A DNA stretch of 64,000 bases. Origin: Octopus sinensis (lineage: Eukaryota). Below, in pieces: positions 12,002-24,414 of the stretch (within the stretch, counting starts at the first letter, position 1; the number at the start of each line of letters is the position of its first letter). The notes under the pieces are model-generated. The model saw only the letters and a program-made list of their open reading frames with translations, made no database searches and was not told the DNA's origin. The stretch covers positions 52,650,464 to 52,714,463 of the forward strand of contig NC_043011.1 in the NCBI RefSeq assembly GCF_006345805.1, given 5' to 3'. The translations under genes were made by a program, and so were the position numbers.

Positions 12002-12165
12002 CCACTGCCACTACCACCAACGATAGCAATTTTCTTGCCAGTGGGTACAGTGAAAGTCAAGTTGTTAAATATAGCACGTCCGGGGACATACTCAAAGTAG
12101 ACGTCTTGAAATGTTATGGACGAATCTTCTCGAGAAACATCAAGGGTCGGAGCTGTTTCTGCATT
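12002..12165 (-). CDS. ABCB7: ABCB7 exon 11 (start of NBD, Walker A)
   Basis: 164 nt, ttgtag|..|gtaagt. NAETAPTLDV...TFQDVYFEY...GKKIAIVGGSGS(G). Confidence 0.97.
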
Positions 12166-12261
12166 CTACAAAGAAATTAATTCCAAGAAGCATCACCATA
12201 CTGTCACAACTACCATTATCAAAACCACAATCACCTATAACACTATCATCATCACCAACAC

Positions 12262-12438
12262 TACTACTACTACTACTACTGCTGCTGTTACTACTACTAC
12301 TACTGCTGCTGTTACTACTACTACTATTACTGCTGCTGCTGCTGTTACTACTACCACTACTACTACTGCTGCTGCTGCTGTTACTACTACTACTACTACT
12401 ACTACTGCTGCTGTTACTACTACTACTACTGCTGCTGT
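12262..12438. repeat. Compound (ACT)n/(GCT)n microsatellite
   Basis: Direct reading of sequence. Confidence 0.95.
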
Positions 12439-13066
12439 TGTTAAGCAACAAGACGGGTAAGGGTGATTAGGTGATGGTCTAGGGCTTAGTGGCGGGAAAT
12501 CCCAGACCTTGGAAAAAAAAACAAAAAACCTTGGTCATCTTGTTGTAGTCGAGGGCTCTTCGTTGATGCCCGACACCACTGGGAGGTAGCCCTCGAAGTC
12601 GCTGGAAATGGAGATCTCCAGGTCCAAATTCTTGAACGTCCTGCCACTGCTGCTGCTATTAGCATCACTACTACTAATCCATAAGCTATAACTTCACCAG
12701 CAACACCAACAACATCTATGTTATCATCAGTGATTTTTATGTGTTGGTGCCACCTTACAAGCACTGTCCACTTTGTAAGGTGGTTGGTGTTAGGAAGGTC
12801 ATCCAGCTGTAAAACCCATGCCAAAACAGACAGTGAAGCCTGGTGCAGTCTTCTGCCAAGCCAGCCCCTGTCAAACCATTCAATCCATGCCAGCATGGAA
12901 AACAAGTATTAAATGATGATGATGAACACCATCTATATCATTATCAACCTGTCTTCCATCAGCCACTTATTTCATTCCACATGCACCATTTAAGCTCCTT
13001 CTCATATATTCACATCGACACATCATCAACACTGTCATCTCTATCAAAAATGACAAACAGGCTGTA

Positions 13067-14031
13067 CGAGGGGCGTTCAATAAGTAATGCCCCTGACCCA
13101 CTTGCCATTGTTTGATCTAGCTGAAATTTTGCGTGTGCAATTATTGATATCTCTATAGAGTAGGTGGCAAATTACAGCTCTGAACTAATTGGGGTTTCTG
13201 ATTTACAGGTGTTTGAACTGAGTCAAGTGTGAAATGGAGCCTGTTGAGTGTCGAGCAGTGATCTGGTTTTTGTATTTGAAAGGACGCACACCACGGGAGA
13301 CTTTTGATGAAATGAAAGTAACTTATGGTAATGATGCCCCATCATATGACCTTGTAAAACGCTGGCATCGTGGATTCAAACATGGTCGGAACTCGGTGGA
13401 AACAGCTCCCAGATCTGGTCGCCCCCTTCTGCAATTGATGAGGCATCTGTCCGTCAAGTTGAGGCTGCCATTTTGGAACATCGACGCAAACTATTCGCCA
13501 AATAGCCCATGAGGTCAAGATTAGTACCGGGTCTGTGGAAACTATCATTCATGACCATTTGCATATGCAAAAGGTGTCTGCCAGATGGATTTCCAGGTTG
13601 CTCACACCTTTCCAGAAGCAAGAACGCGTCGTGTGCTCGAGGATAAATTTGGAGATGTACCAACTCGCTCCGGTCCACAACTCGCTTGTCGCCAGATCAG
13701 AAGCACAGGCGTATGGCTATGAACTCCTCCCCCATCCCCCTACTTTCCTGACCTTGCACCCTCTGATTTTCACCTCTTTCCAGCCATGAAGTTGTTTTTG
13801 AAAGGAAAGCGTTTCCCAGATGATGCAGCCTTGATTTCTGAAGTCACGTCGTGGTTGGAGGACCAAGCTGGGTCTTCTAAAAAAACGGTCTCCAGAGCTG
13901 TATCAAACGATGGGAGAAATGCGTAACTCTGGGTGGTTCCTATGTAGAGAAAGGCTAATAACTGTGCAATGTTTCGTTACTCTACTGCTATGGGAAGTGG
14001 GTCAGGGGCATTACTTATTGAACGCCCCTCG
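13067..14031 (+). mobile_element. Mariner transposon, internally deleted, with perfect 37-bp TIRs
   Basis: TA|CGAGGGGCGTTCAATAAGTAATGCCCCTGACCCACTT...AAGTGGGTCAGGGGCATTACTTATTGAACGCCCCTCG|TA. Frameshifted transposase MEPVECRAVIWFLYLKG, WISRLLT, HPP-Y-PDLAPSDF. Confidence 0.95.
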
Positions 14032-14130
14032 TACTATTAAAATATTGGATGAAATACCAGCTCAGCTTCTTGCATTCTGGCTTCAAATCCTGCCAAGATC
14101 AACTTCTATCCTTCCATTGACAATAATTAA

Positions 14131-14352
14131 CCCTTTCATTACCCTATTTATTCTGAGATGCTCTGTGTTTTTTTCAATTAATTTTAAATATAACAAAGAA
14201 TTTAGTAAAATAACTTAGTTATCATTCAGCTAGTATTAGGAACATAAATTGTGACTAAGGTTTGGTGGAAGATTTTAATTCAAAACTTATGAAAACAAAA
14301 CATTTGTACTACAGAGCCAGAGCCGGTTTCAGCCGGGTTGGTAACGAAAGGG
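14131..14352. mobile_element. piggyBac-type MITE (TTAA|CCC...GGG|TTAA), family A
   Basis: TTAA|CCCTTTCATTACC...GGTAACGAAAGGG|TTAA. Second copy at 56313-56533. Confidence 0.85.
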
Positions 14353-14758
14353 TTAAGTATCAGTCTAGGATAGTGGGCTTGTTGGATTCTCAGACAGGAT
14401 GCTCTGTGACATTTGTTCGAGCCCTTTGTGTTCTGAGTTCAAATAATACTTGAGTGGTTTCGCCTGGTCCTTGGGAGCCTATAGTGGCATCCACTCTGTT
14501 GCAAGCATTTGGGACAGGTCTCAAATTTGGGATACCTTCTTTCCTCTTGTTAGTCTTGCAGGACCTGTAAATAAGGTGTCAGGAGTACTGCCTTACCCTC
14601 TTTATTAAGCAATTTCGAAAAATAAAACGAAATAGGAAAAGACATTGGTCAATATTTGTTTCTAATATCTAGGCTCCATCAGCCTCAATCCAGTTTTTCC
14701 AAGTTCATCCAATATCACACACTCTATAATCATTCTATAATAACAGACTATAATCATC

Positions 14759-14957
14759 AAAGAGAGAGAGAATAGAGGATAGAGAAGGAAAGAAAGGAGT
14801 AGATGAGAGAGAAAGAGAGAGAGAGAGAGAGAATAGAGGATAGAGAAGGAAAGAAAGAAGTAGATGAGAGAGAGAGAGAGAATTGAGGATAGAGAAGGAA
14901 AGGAGTAGATGAGAGAGAGAGAGAATAGAGGATAGAGAAGGAAAGAAAGGAATAGAT

Positions 14958-14989
<32 letters not shown>

Positions 14990-15138
14990 GATAGAGAAAG
15001 AAAGAAAGGAGTAGATGAGAGAGAGTAAAGGATAGAGAAGGAAAGAAAGGAGTAGATGAGAGAGAGAGAGAGAGAATAGAGGATAGAGAACAAATGAGAA
15101 GAGTAGAGGACAGGGAAGGAAAAAAAAGAGTAGAGGAT

Positions 15139-15178
<40 letters not shown>
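14759..15178. repeat. Polypurine/polypyrimidine compound (GA)n-based tandem repeat
   Basis: Units like GAGAGAGAATAGAGGATAGAGAAGGAAAGAAAGGAGTAGAT. Almost no C on the plus strand. Confidence 0.95.
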
Positions 15179-15181
<3 letters not shown>

Positions 15182-15208
15182 TCATTTGGAAAATATGGAA
15201 ATGTTTAC

Positions 15209-15366
15209 CTTTACAGCAGATTCCAAATTAAGCAAGCTAAACATCGTTTGCATGTCAATGAGAGCCTGCCGGATCTCTCTGTAGACTGATCCCAGAAAGT
15301 TAAGTGGCAAGGATAGCTGGAAAAGCAATCCATTTACCATTACGATATCTCCGACAGTCATTGTGC
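15209..15366 (-). CDS. ABCB7: ABCB7 exon 10
   Basis: 158 nt, ttctag|..|gtaaac. (G)[45 protein letters not shown]. Confidence 0.97.
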
Positions 15367-16698
15367 CTAGAAAATGGGGAAATAATTGTTGTTTTTAGGA
15401 AAAGTGAATAAACGTACGTGTATGTATATCTGTCTGTCTGTCTATCTATCTATCCCTTTATCTAAATTATATATATGTCGTTGTCGTCGTCATCGTCATC
15501 ATTATTTAATGTCCTTTTTTTCCATACTGGTATGTGTTGAGCAGTTTGACAAGAACAGATGAACCAAAAGCCTCTGCTAGATTCTGTCTCCTTTGGCAGT
15601 GTTTCTACAGCTGGATGCCATTCCTAATGCGAACCACTTAACTGAGTGTACTGGGTGCCTTTTCTGTGGCACTGGCACTGGTAAGGTTGTCAAGCACCCA
15701 CAAGATAAGATCCCTCAACTGAGTAGAACACAGACTTAGAGAAATAAGAAACTATGACACACACACATGAGCAAACTGATGTGAAAAAAAATCACACTTG
15801 AATACCAAAGATTGAGAAAAATAAAATTTCATTGAAGCTGAAGAGACTTCACGACTGTTACTCTTTTACTTGTTTCAGTCATTTGACTGTGGCCATGCTG
15901 GAGCACCGCCTTTAGTCGAGCATATCGACCCCAGGACTTATTCTTTGTAAGCCTAGTACTTATTCTATTGGTCTCTTTTGCCGAACCACTAAGTTACGGG
16001 GACGTAAACATGTCAGCATCAGTTGTCAAGCAATGTTGGTGGGGACACTGAGGTGAGTTGAATAAAAATTAAAAACTCAGTAGTGTAAATCCTCTATACT
16101 CATTGGCGCATATTTAGCTGTATGGTGAGAAACTTGCTTCCCAACTATATGGTTTCAGGTTCTAGTCCCACTATGTGGCACCTTGGGCAAGTGTCTTATT
16201 ATAGCCCCCAGGCCGACCAAGCTTTGTAAGTGAATTTGGTAGATGGAAACTGAAAGAAGCCCTGCATGTATGTGTCTCTCTCTAATGACTGAAACAAGTA
16301 AAAGATAAAAGATAGAAATAAGGGTAAAAATTATAAGTAAAATAAGGGCAAATGAGTATCACAGAAAAATCTGGCATATATATGTATATATCTTCTGGTG
16401 TTGCATATTGCCCAATAAATCAGAGCTTTTGTAGAAAAATCCCTTGTGATATTTGTTTCTCCCCAGTTAGAGACAACTCTTTGTCACTCTCATCGCAAAA
16501 ATGTTTTGAACCAGTGACTAGTCATTGGTAAACTATTGTTCACAAAATGCAACAATATGGAATAAATAAGTAATGGCAGTAGTTCAGGTTTGTAAAGACA
16601 GTGGATCAGACAAGGACATAGTAGTAGGGAAAGTCAGTAACAATAAATTTGTTAAGGGATCTGTGAGTGTTCATCTTGTGTAAGTTAAAGGATCTTAC

Positions 16699-16873
16699 CA
16701 TTCAAGACATTTTTACTAGCCAAGTACATAATGGCCGTCAAGCCTACACTGAAGATAGCATTTTGCCCCCAGTTCAGAGCAGCCAAGCTTGTTGTTGTTT
16801 TCAAGGAGGCCTTTTCATATTTGCCCAACAGAATATCATACTTCTGAGCTTCGTACCACTCATTGTTGAAATA
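16699..16873 (-). CDS. ABCB7: ABCB7 exon 9
   Basis: 175 nt, ttccag|..|gtaaga. [13 protein letters not shown]...[21 protein letters not shown]. Confidence 0.97.
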
Positions 16874-17042
16874 CTGGAATAAAGAAATGGTATTTAAAAA
16901 GTTGTAACATGCATACAAATAAATAAATGCATAACACTGATAGACAGATACACCTGCACAACTATTAAGTCACTACATGTCCTCTAATTTTACTGTGATA
17001 CACCATAAAATTGGCAAATTATAATAAACACCTTTTATAATA

Positions 17043-17206
17043 GGCGCAGGAGTGGCTGTGTGGTAAGTAACTTCCTTACCAACCACATGGTTCCGGGTTC
17101 AGTCCCACTGCGTGGCACCTTGGGCAAGTGTCTTCTACTATAGCCTCGGGCCGACCAAGCCTTGTGAGTGGATTTGGTAGACGGAAACTGAAAGAAGCCC
17201 GTCGTA

Positions 17207-17255
<49 letters not shown>

Positions 17256-17453
17256 TTGTCCCCCTAGCATTGCTTGACAACCGATGCTGGTGTGTTTATA
17301 TCTCCGTTACTTAGCGGTTCGGCAAAAGCGACCGATAGAATAAGTACTGGGCTTACAAAAGAATAAGTCCCGGGGTCGAGTTGCTCGATTAAAGGCGGTG
17401 CTCCAGCATGGCCGCAGTCAAATGACTCAAACAAGTAAAAGAGTAAAAAAGAG
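17043..17453 (+). mobile_element. Full-length CORE-type tRNA SINE with internal (TA)n(TG)n
   Basis: GGCGCAGGAGTGGCTGTGTGGTAAG head, GGTTCAGTCCC B box, CCTTGGGCAAGTGTCTT core, GTAAAAGA tail. Resembles the described octopus CORE-SINEs. Confidence 0.88.
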
Positions 17454-17544
17454 TATATCACTTTAGATTCCATGTTTCACTACTTATACTGCAATACAGG
17501 ATCACATGAAAAACACATGCTTAATAATATTCCTCTCTCTATTT

Positions 17545-17778
17545 AAGGCAGTGTGCTGGCAGAATCGTTAGCATGCCGGGCGAAATGCTTAACGGTATTT
17601 CATCTGCCGCTACATTCTGAGTTCAAATTCCGCCAACTTTGTGTTTCATCCTCTCGGGGTCGATTAAATAAGTACCAGTTACGTACTGGGGTCGATGTAA
17701 TCGACTTAATCTATTTGTCTGTCCTTGTTTGTACCTCTTCTTTTTTTTTGCCCCTTGTGGGCAATAAAGAAAGAAATA
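17545..17778 (+). mobile_element. tRNA SINE (same family as 8315-8547)
   Basis: Shared head, central domain and aataaagaaa tail. Confidence 0.85.
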
Positions 17779-18363
17779 TTCTCTCTCTCTCTCTCTCTCT
17801 CTCACCTCACACTAAGTCATTCCCATTAATTATCATACATTATAGACACAGCCCTCATACATTCCATTCAGTAAGTGGATCCTTAACCCTTTAGCATTCA
17901 GATTATCCTGTCAAATGTAATGCTTATTTATTCAGAATTGTTTTGAATTAATCTTGCATTATCTCAGAGCTTCAAGATTTCAATGATGTGGTTGTTTATT
18001 TCAAGAATGACATTTTAGGGTAGGTGTAAGAAACTGGTTATGGCCAGTTTGAACACAAAACAGATCGAATATTTAGGCCAGATATGGCCAGTTTAAATAA
18101 TAACAGCTAATTTTCCCCTCAATACAGTTTCAAACATCTGCAATCTTATAGTCACTCCAGTCAATGTAAATACTCAACCATAAATCATTAAGTGTTAGTC
18201 ATCTACTCTCTTTTCTTAGTCACTTGACTTGCATGAAATAACAGTCAAATTTCTCTCAAAGTCTAACAGTCTCAAAAGGTAACACATTTGACATGCAACC
18301 TTAGATACACTATATATGAAAATAATATGAGATAGTAAGGCTATTTCTCTAACTTATGAAATC

Positions 18364-18625
18364 ACATCATCATCATCGTTTAACGTCCGTTTTCCATGCT
18401 AGCACGGGTTGGACGGTACGACCGGGGTCTGGGAAGCCAGGAGGCTGCACCAAGCTCCAGTCTGATCTGGCAGTGTTTCTACACCTGAATGCCCTTCCTA
18501 ACGCCAACCACTCTGTGAGTATAGTGGGTGCTTTTTATGTTCCACCGGCACAGGTGCCAGGGGAGGCTGGCAGCGGCCACGATCGGTTGGTGCTTTTTAC
18601 ATGCCACCGGCACAGAAGCCAAACA
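18364..18625 (-). mobile_element. RTE 3'-end copy
   Basis: catcatcatcgtttaacgtcc tail plus about 1.5 of the 3'UTR repeat units. Confidence 0.85.
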
Positions 18626-18955
18626 CATACATCATACAAGCCAATGAGAAAGCTTTTCCGTGATCATTCAACCAGACAAAAAAAAAAAGCAGTCAAATTT
18701 CTTTCAGATCACATGCTGATGTTTTATAAAATCAAAGGACATTTTAGTTAATGTATCCCTAGACACCCATAAAAAGACAGGAGGATGGGCCTAGCAGAAA
18801 TGCCTTTGTTAATTTGACTGTTTCATCATAACTGGCCTCAAGCTAAACTACATAGTACAGTGACTATCACATAGCATCACATCTCAGACAGTTAAAATAC
18901 TGTTTCTTCTGTCATTGCAGGTGCCAAACCACTCCATTGATAAATGTCTTCTTAC

Positions 18956-19043
18956 CTTGACAGTTTCATAATTAATCAAAGAATCAATAGCTTTTGTACC
19001 AGCTTCTTGATCAGCTTTGTTCATGAGAACCCGGAATTTTGTT
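18956..19043 (-). CDS. ABCB7: ABCB7 exon 8
   Basis: 88 nt, tttgcag|..|gtaaga. (R)[29 protein letters not shown]. Confidence 0.97.
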
Positions 19044-19919
19044 CTGCAAATGACAGAGAAACAAATTATAAAACCATTATGAGAATACATAAACATTTAC
19101 TTTAGAAACAATCAGTAAAATTATTTATTTTATATACTAAATTATATTTTACAAGCTGTAATAATGTGTAATATAAAAAGCATTTAAACCCAAAGCCAAA
19201 AGAAAGTTTGCATTTAAAATTTAATAAAATATTCCTTCTAATGCTTAAATGTCAAAGTGTGCATAAAAATACTATAAAATATGCTGGTACCATGTAAAAG
19301 TGCTCATGCTTGGGCCACAGTAAAAGCACCCAGCATACAATGTGAAGTGGTTGGCGTTAGGAAGGGCATCCAGATGTAGAAATCCAACCAAATTAGACTA
19401 GAACCTGGTGCAGCTGTCTGGCTTGTCAGCTCTGGTCAAACTGCTCAACCCATGCCAGCACAGAAAATGGATATTAAAAGATGATGGTGATTATAACGAA
19501 TAAATTTTTTCCGGTCTCTGACACCTTGGTGATACAATATTTCAATTTCTTGCTACACACATTCACCCTTATCTAATGCAGGGTAGCCATGAAATCAGCT
19601 TCACAGTAAAACACTTGTTCTTGTCCCCTTATCTTACATTTTAGCCTATCAACACTTAGCATAAAGCCACCTCCCTCACTACTACACTCCACTCAGCTAA
19701 GGGGAGGAGCTTGTCTGACAAGTGTCGGTTCCGTAGTAAATGCACCCAACAGACAATTGTTGGCCTGTGCAGCATTTGAAAAAATTATATGAACAGGTTT
19801 TACATCTGAACAAAACAAATTTTCTCCAGTAAGCCAACATTGAAACAGTCTTTTTTAATGAAAAAAATAAGTCTAGCCAACATCTTAACAATCATCTTAA
19901 TTGTGATAAACAACATATC

Positions 19920-20305
19920 TAGGCAGGTGGTGTGGTAAGTAGCTTGCTTATGAACTACATGGTTCCGGGTTCAGTTCCACTGCGTGGCACCTTGGGCTAG
20001 TGTCTTCTATAATAGGATCAGGCCAACCAAAGCCTTGTGAGTGGATTTGGTAGACGGAAACTGAAAGAAGCTCATCGTATATATGTGTGTATATGAATGT
20101 GTGTTTGTCTCTGACCAACGCTTGACAACCAGTGTTGGTGTTTTTATGTTCCTGTACCTTAGTGGTTCGGCAAAAAAGAGACTGACAGAATAAGTACCAG
20201 GCTTAACAAAAAATAAATAAATAAATACTAAAGTCGATTCATTTGACAAAAAATTCTTCAAGACTGCTCCAGCATGGCTGCAGTCTCATGACTGAAACAG
20301 GTAAA
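19920..20305 (+). mobile_element. CORE-type SINE
   Basis: Family match to 17043-17453. Confidence 0.85.
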
Positions 20306-20391
20306 AGCTATCAGGTGTGAAATCACCAAATGACAAAGTCATTTAGAAGTAATGCTAAACAGAATATGGAGAGATTGATAGTGAAACTTAC

Positions 20392-20480
20392 CTCCATTGC
20401 GTTATAAGAAATGTAAAAACTGCATATGAGCCAATACAACCCAAGGTAACTAAAGTGAACTGTCCCCCACATTTGTAATT
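20392..20480 (-). CDS. ABCB7: ABCB7 exon 7
   Basis: 89 nt, tttacag|..|gtaagt. NYKCGGQFTLVTLGCIGSYAVFTFLITQW(R). Confidence 0.96.
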
Positions 20481-21034
20481 CTGTAAAAATGAAGAAAAGA
20501 CATGTTCAATAATTACATTGAATTTTGGTTTCAAATTTTGGCACAAGGCCAGCAATTTGGGGGGTTGGGTAAGTCAATTACATCAGCCTTAATGCTTAAC
20601 TGGTACTTATTTTATCAACCCTGAAAGGATGAAAGGTAAAGTTAACCTCGGTGGAATTTGAACTCAGAATGTAAAGACAGACAAATGCTGATAAGCATTT
20701 TGCCCAGCATGCAAATGATTCTGCCAGCTCTCTGCCTTATTTACATTTAATATTGCTATCGTTAATGAGTTAATACATCAGATGTTGCTGTTACAAGCCA
20801 ATACGGGAGCCTCTCAGTCGTTATTTGGCTTGCTAGAAATAGCAGTCAAATCTCCCTCAACTTACATACCATTCAGTAGGATTTTATCCAGAAACGATGT
20901 TTGTGAAGCACACCCCTTAACTATTTGCATTTGCTTACTTAAGCTATTATCAATATTCCAGTAATGATTTTATTTCCATTTAACTTAGTCTGTTCTTTAA
21001 AAAGGATACATTAGATGATATAGTCCTAGTAACA

Positions 21035-21490
21035 TTCATCATCATCATCATCATTTAACGTCCGCTTTCCATGCTAGCATGGGTTGGATGATTTGACTGA
21101 GGAATGGCGAACCAGAGGGCTGCACCAGGCTCCAATCTGATCCGGCAGAGTTTCTACAGCTGGATGCCCTTCCTAATGTCAACCACTCCGAGAGTGTAGT
21201 GGGTGCTTTTACGTACCACTGGCACAAATGCCAGTCTGGTGTTACTGGCAACAACCACGCTCGAAATGGTGTTTTTTACGTGCCACCTGCACAGGAGTCA
21301 GTCCAGCGGCACTGGCAACAACCTCGCTCAAATGTTTTGTTCACGTGTCACTGGCACAAGTGCCAGTAAGGCGACACTGGTAATGATCACGCTCACATGG
21401 TGCTTTTTATGTGCCACCAGCATGGAAGCCAGACAGCTGATCTGGCAGTGATCCCGCTCGGATGGAGCTGTTAGTGTTCCACTGGCACGA
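21035..21490 (-). mobile_element. RTE 3'-end copy with several diverged 3'UTR repeat units
   Basis: (CAT)n tail and gtgccac/gtggcac-containing units. Confidence 0.8.
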
Positions 21491-21805
21491 AAAGTTGGAA
21501 TGCTTTTTGTCATAGTTCTATTCAATCACAACTGATATGGAAGTAAACAATGATAGCATGAAGCAAAGTAGCAAGTTAGAAAACCTCTATAAGAAATGAA
21601 AGTAGTAACTCTACTGAGAAGTAATGTTTGTTGTCACTTCAACATGGTTGTTCCGTATGAACTGACGTTACTGCTATTTTTAACCCCAAGAGGAAGTCAC
21701 CTCTAGCTGGTCATCAATGCAATCTGCACTTGATATATATTACAGGCAGGGGAGTGGACTCCTACTATTTTCTAGCAACTTGACAGGACCAGCATAACAT
21801 CTGTT

Positions 21806-22033
21806 TCTTTACTACCCACAAGGGGCTAAACACAGAGGGGACAAATAAGGACAGACAAAGGGATTAAGTCGATTACATCGACCCCAGTGCGTAACTGGTA
21901 CTTATTTAATCGACCCCGAAAGGATGAAAGGCAAAGTCGACCTCGGCGGAATTTGAACTTAGAACGTAGCGGCAGACGAAATACAGCTACATGTTTCGCC
22001 CGGCATGCTAACGTTTCTGCCAGCTCGCCGCCC
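21806..22033 (-). mobile_element. tRNA SINE (8315 family), young copy
   Basis: Closely similar to 27020-27248 and 59985-60198. Confidence 0.85.
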
Positions 22034-23429
22034 TACATAACATCAACATCAGGGAATGTTAAATCCAGTCCTTACACAATTCATGCAAGAATCATTCTCT
22101 ATATATGAAGGTGAGGATTTTGGTGCACCAGTGATTCTCAACCATTTTTTGCCATGGATCCCTTTGATTCCGGTTTTACTCTACTGGACCCCCCATCATC
22201 ATCATCATTGTTTAACATCTGCTTTCCATGCTAGCATGGGTTGGCTGATTCGACCGGGGTCTGGGAAGCCAGGAGACTGCACCTGGCTCCAGTTTGTTGT
22301 AACAGGCAGGGGTTAGAGGTCAACTTTGCTTGTCATTCTTTCAGGGTTGATAAAATAAGTACCAACTGTGCACTGGGGGTCAATGTAATTGACTTACCCC
22401 TCTCCCAATATTGATGGCTCTGTGCCAAAATTTGAAACCATTATCTTTAAATGCTTAATTTCATTCTTCATTCTGCTTTTCTTTCTCTTCCTAACAATCT
22501 AACCATGAAGACAGAATTGCAAATTATAGTTAACTTGATATGGGAACTGTTTTTGCATCTGTTTCCTTGATTCTGTATTTTGTATTTTGATTATGCATGT
22601 GTTCTTGTCTGTCATTATTTCTCTGGATTTAGTTTTGTCAGCAAATTAGTGAAAATAGCACACTGCTTCGGATATTCATTCTTGTACAGAGTCAAATGAC
22701 AGTATGATCTAATGAAGGACTTATTGAAAATCACCTCAAAAATCACATTTTACACTTTTGACAGATGATAGAGATTACACAATATGTTAATCTTATCATG
22801 TCATCAATGCACTGCAGTGTATCAATGTGTGGAAACAATTGTAGCAATTTGAAATAAAGAAAGTAATTCAATCCATTTTCTTTAAGGTGGTGTCCCAGCA
22901 TGACTGTTGTCTAATGACTGAAACAAGTAAAAGAGTAGAAGACCCATTAAGTCAAGCGAAATTATAGATGTGGCAGGTACTGGTGTCAAACAACTGGCAC
23001 CTGTGCCAGTGGCACGTAAAACACCCATTACACTTGTGGAGTGGTCGGCATTAGGAAAGGCATCCAGCCATGGAAACCATGCCAAACCAGACTGAAGTCT
23101 GATGCAACCCCTCAGCTTGCCAGCCCTGGTCAAACTGTCCAACCCATGTCAGCATGGACAATGGACGTTAAATGATGATGATGATATATATATATCTGTA
23201 AACTTATATAATAGACATATAACTATGGCAAATTTACTTATTTCTCTGTTAACTGAAAATAAAATGATGAATAGTTTTAATCAATTTTTAACCCTTATGG
23301 TGGTCTCAGCAGAGATATCTACATAAATTGACCATTCTCAGATAAACAAATAACCAATTCATTTATATACAGATCAAATCTGTTACGTGAGCATGTGTAT
23401 GTATGAGTGTACACACACATATATATATA

Positions 23430-23820
23430 TAGGCTCAGGTGTGACTGTGTGGTAAGAAGCATGGTTCCAGGTTCAGTCCCACTGCATGGCACCTTGAGCA
23501 AGTGTCTTTTGCTAAAGCCTTGAGCCAACCAAAGCCTTGCGAGTGGATTTGTTTGATGGAAACTGAAAGAAGCCCATTGTTTATGTGTGTGTGTGTGTGT
23601 GAAAGTGTGTTTGCATTTGTCCACTTGTTACTGCTTGACAGCCAGTGTTGGTGTGTTTATGTTCCTGTAACATATGCCGTTTGGGAAAAAAAACCCAACA
23701 GAGTAAGTACTAGGCTTTGAAAAAAAAAAGGTACTGGAATCGATTCATTTGACTAAAAATTCTCCAAGTTGGTGCCTCAGCATGGCCATAGTCTAACGAC
23801 TGAAACAAGTAAAAGATAAA
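23430..23820 (+). mobile_element. CORE-type SINE, diverged
   Basis: Family match to 17043-17453. Confidence 0.8.
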
Positions 23821-24013
23821 AGCTATATACACATACACACACAAAACAGGCTTCCACACAGTCGCTATCAACCAAATTTCATTTCCAAAGCATTCTTCAA
23901 CTCAAGGCTATTGCAGGAGAAACCTGACCAAAGTGTTATACAATGGAATCAAACCAATAATTACATGGTTGTTAAAAACCAAACTTATGAAAACTTAAGA
24001 ACATGCCACTTAC

Positions 24014-24095
24014 CAAAATACTACTGACTAAAGCAACTTCAAAGGTCGTGGGTACCACATTGAAGACTAAAGCAGTTAATGTGAAATTGATGCCT
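24014..24095 (-). CDS. ABCB7: ABCB7 exon 6
   Basis: 82 nt, ttatag|..|gtaagt. (R)GINFTLTALVFNVVPTTFEVALVSSIL. Confidence 0.96.
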
Positions 24096-24414
24096 CTATA
24101 ATAAAAAAAAAAGAAGAAAAAAACAAGAATAGAATTACAACAGCTGATGTTTCTGTGGGGGGACCCCCCACCCAGATTTCTGTGTTTCTTCTGTTTAAAT
24201 CAATTTGTTTAAGTTAATATGGGTGGGATGGTTTTGTTAGATCAATTGCTTTTACAGTTCAATATGTGCACTGTCATCTTAATATTTCAAATTCTGCTGA
24301 GGTCAGCTTTGCCTTTTGTTCTTTTGGGGTGGATAAAATAAGTGCCAGTTGAATACTGGATCAATGTCATCAACTATTCTCTTCCCCCAAATTTTAGACC
24401 TTGTGCCTATAGTA

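Noticed and set aside
12111-12470. Poly-Leu/Thr/Ser ORFs (also 1930-2228, 9952-10266, 14662-15185)
   Set aside because: Translations of microsatellites.
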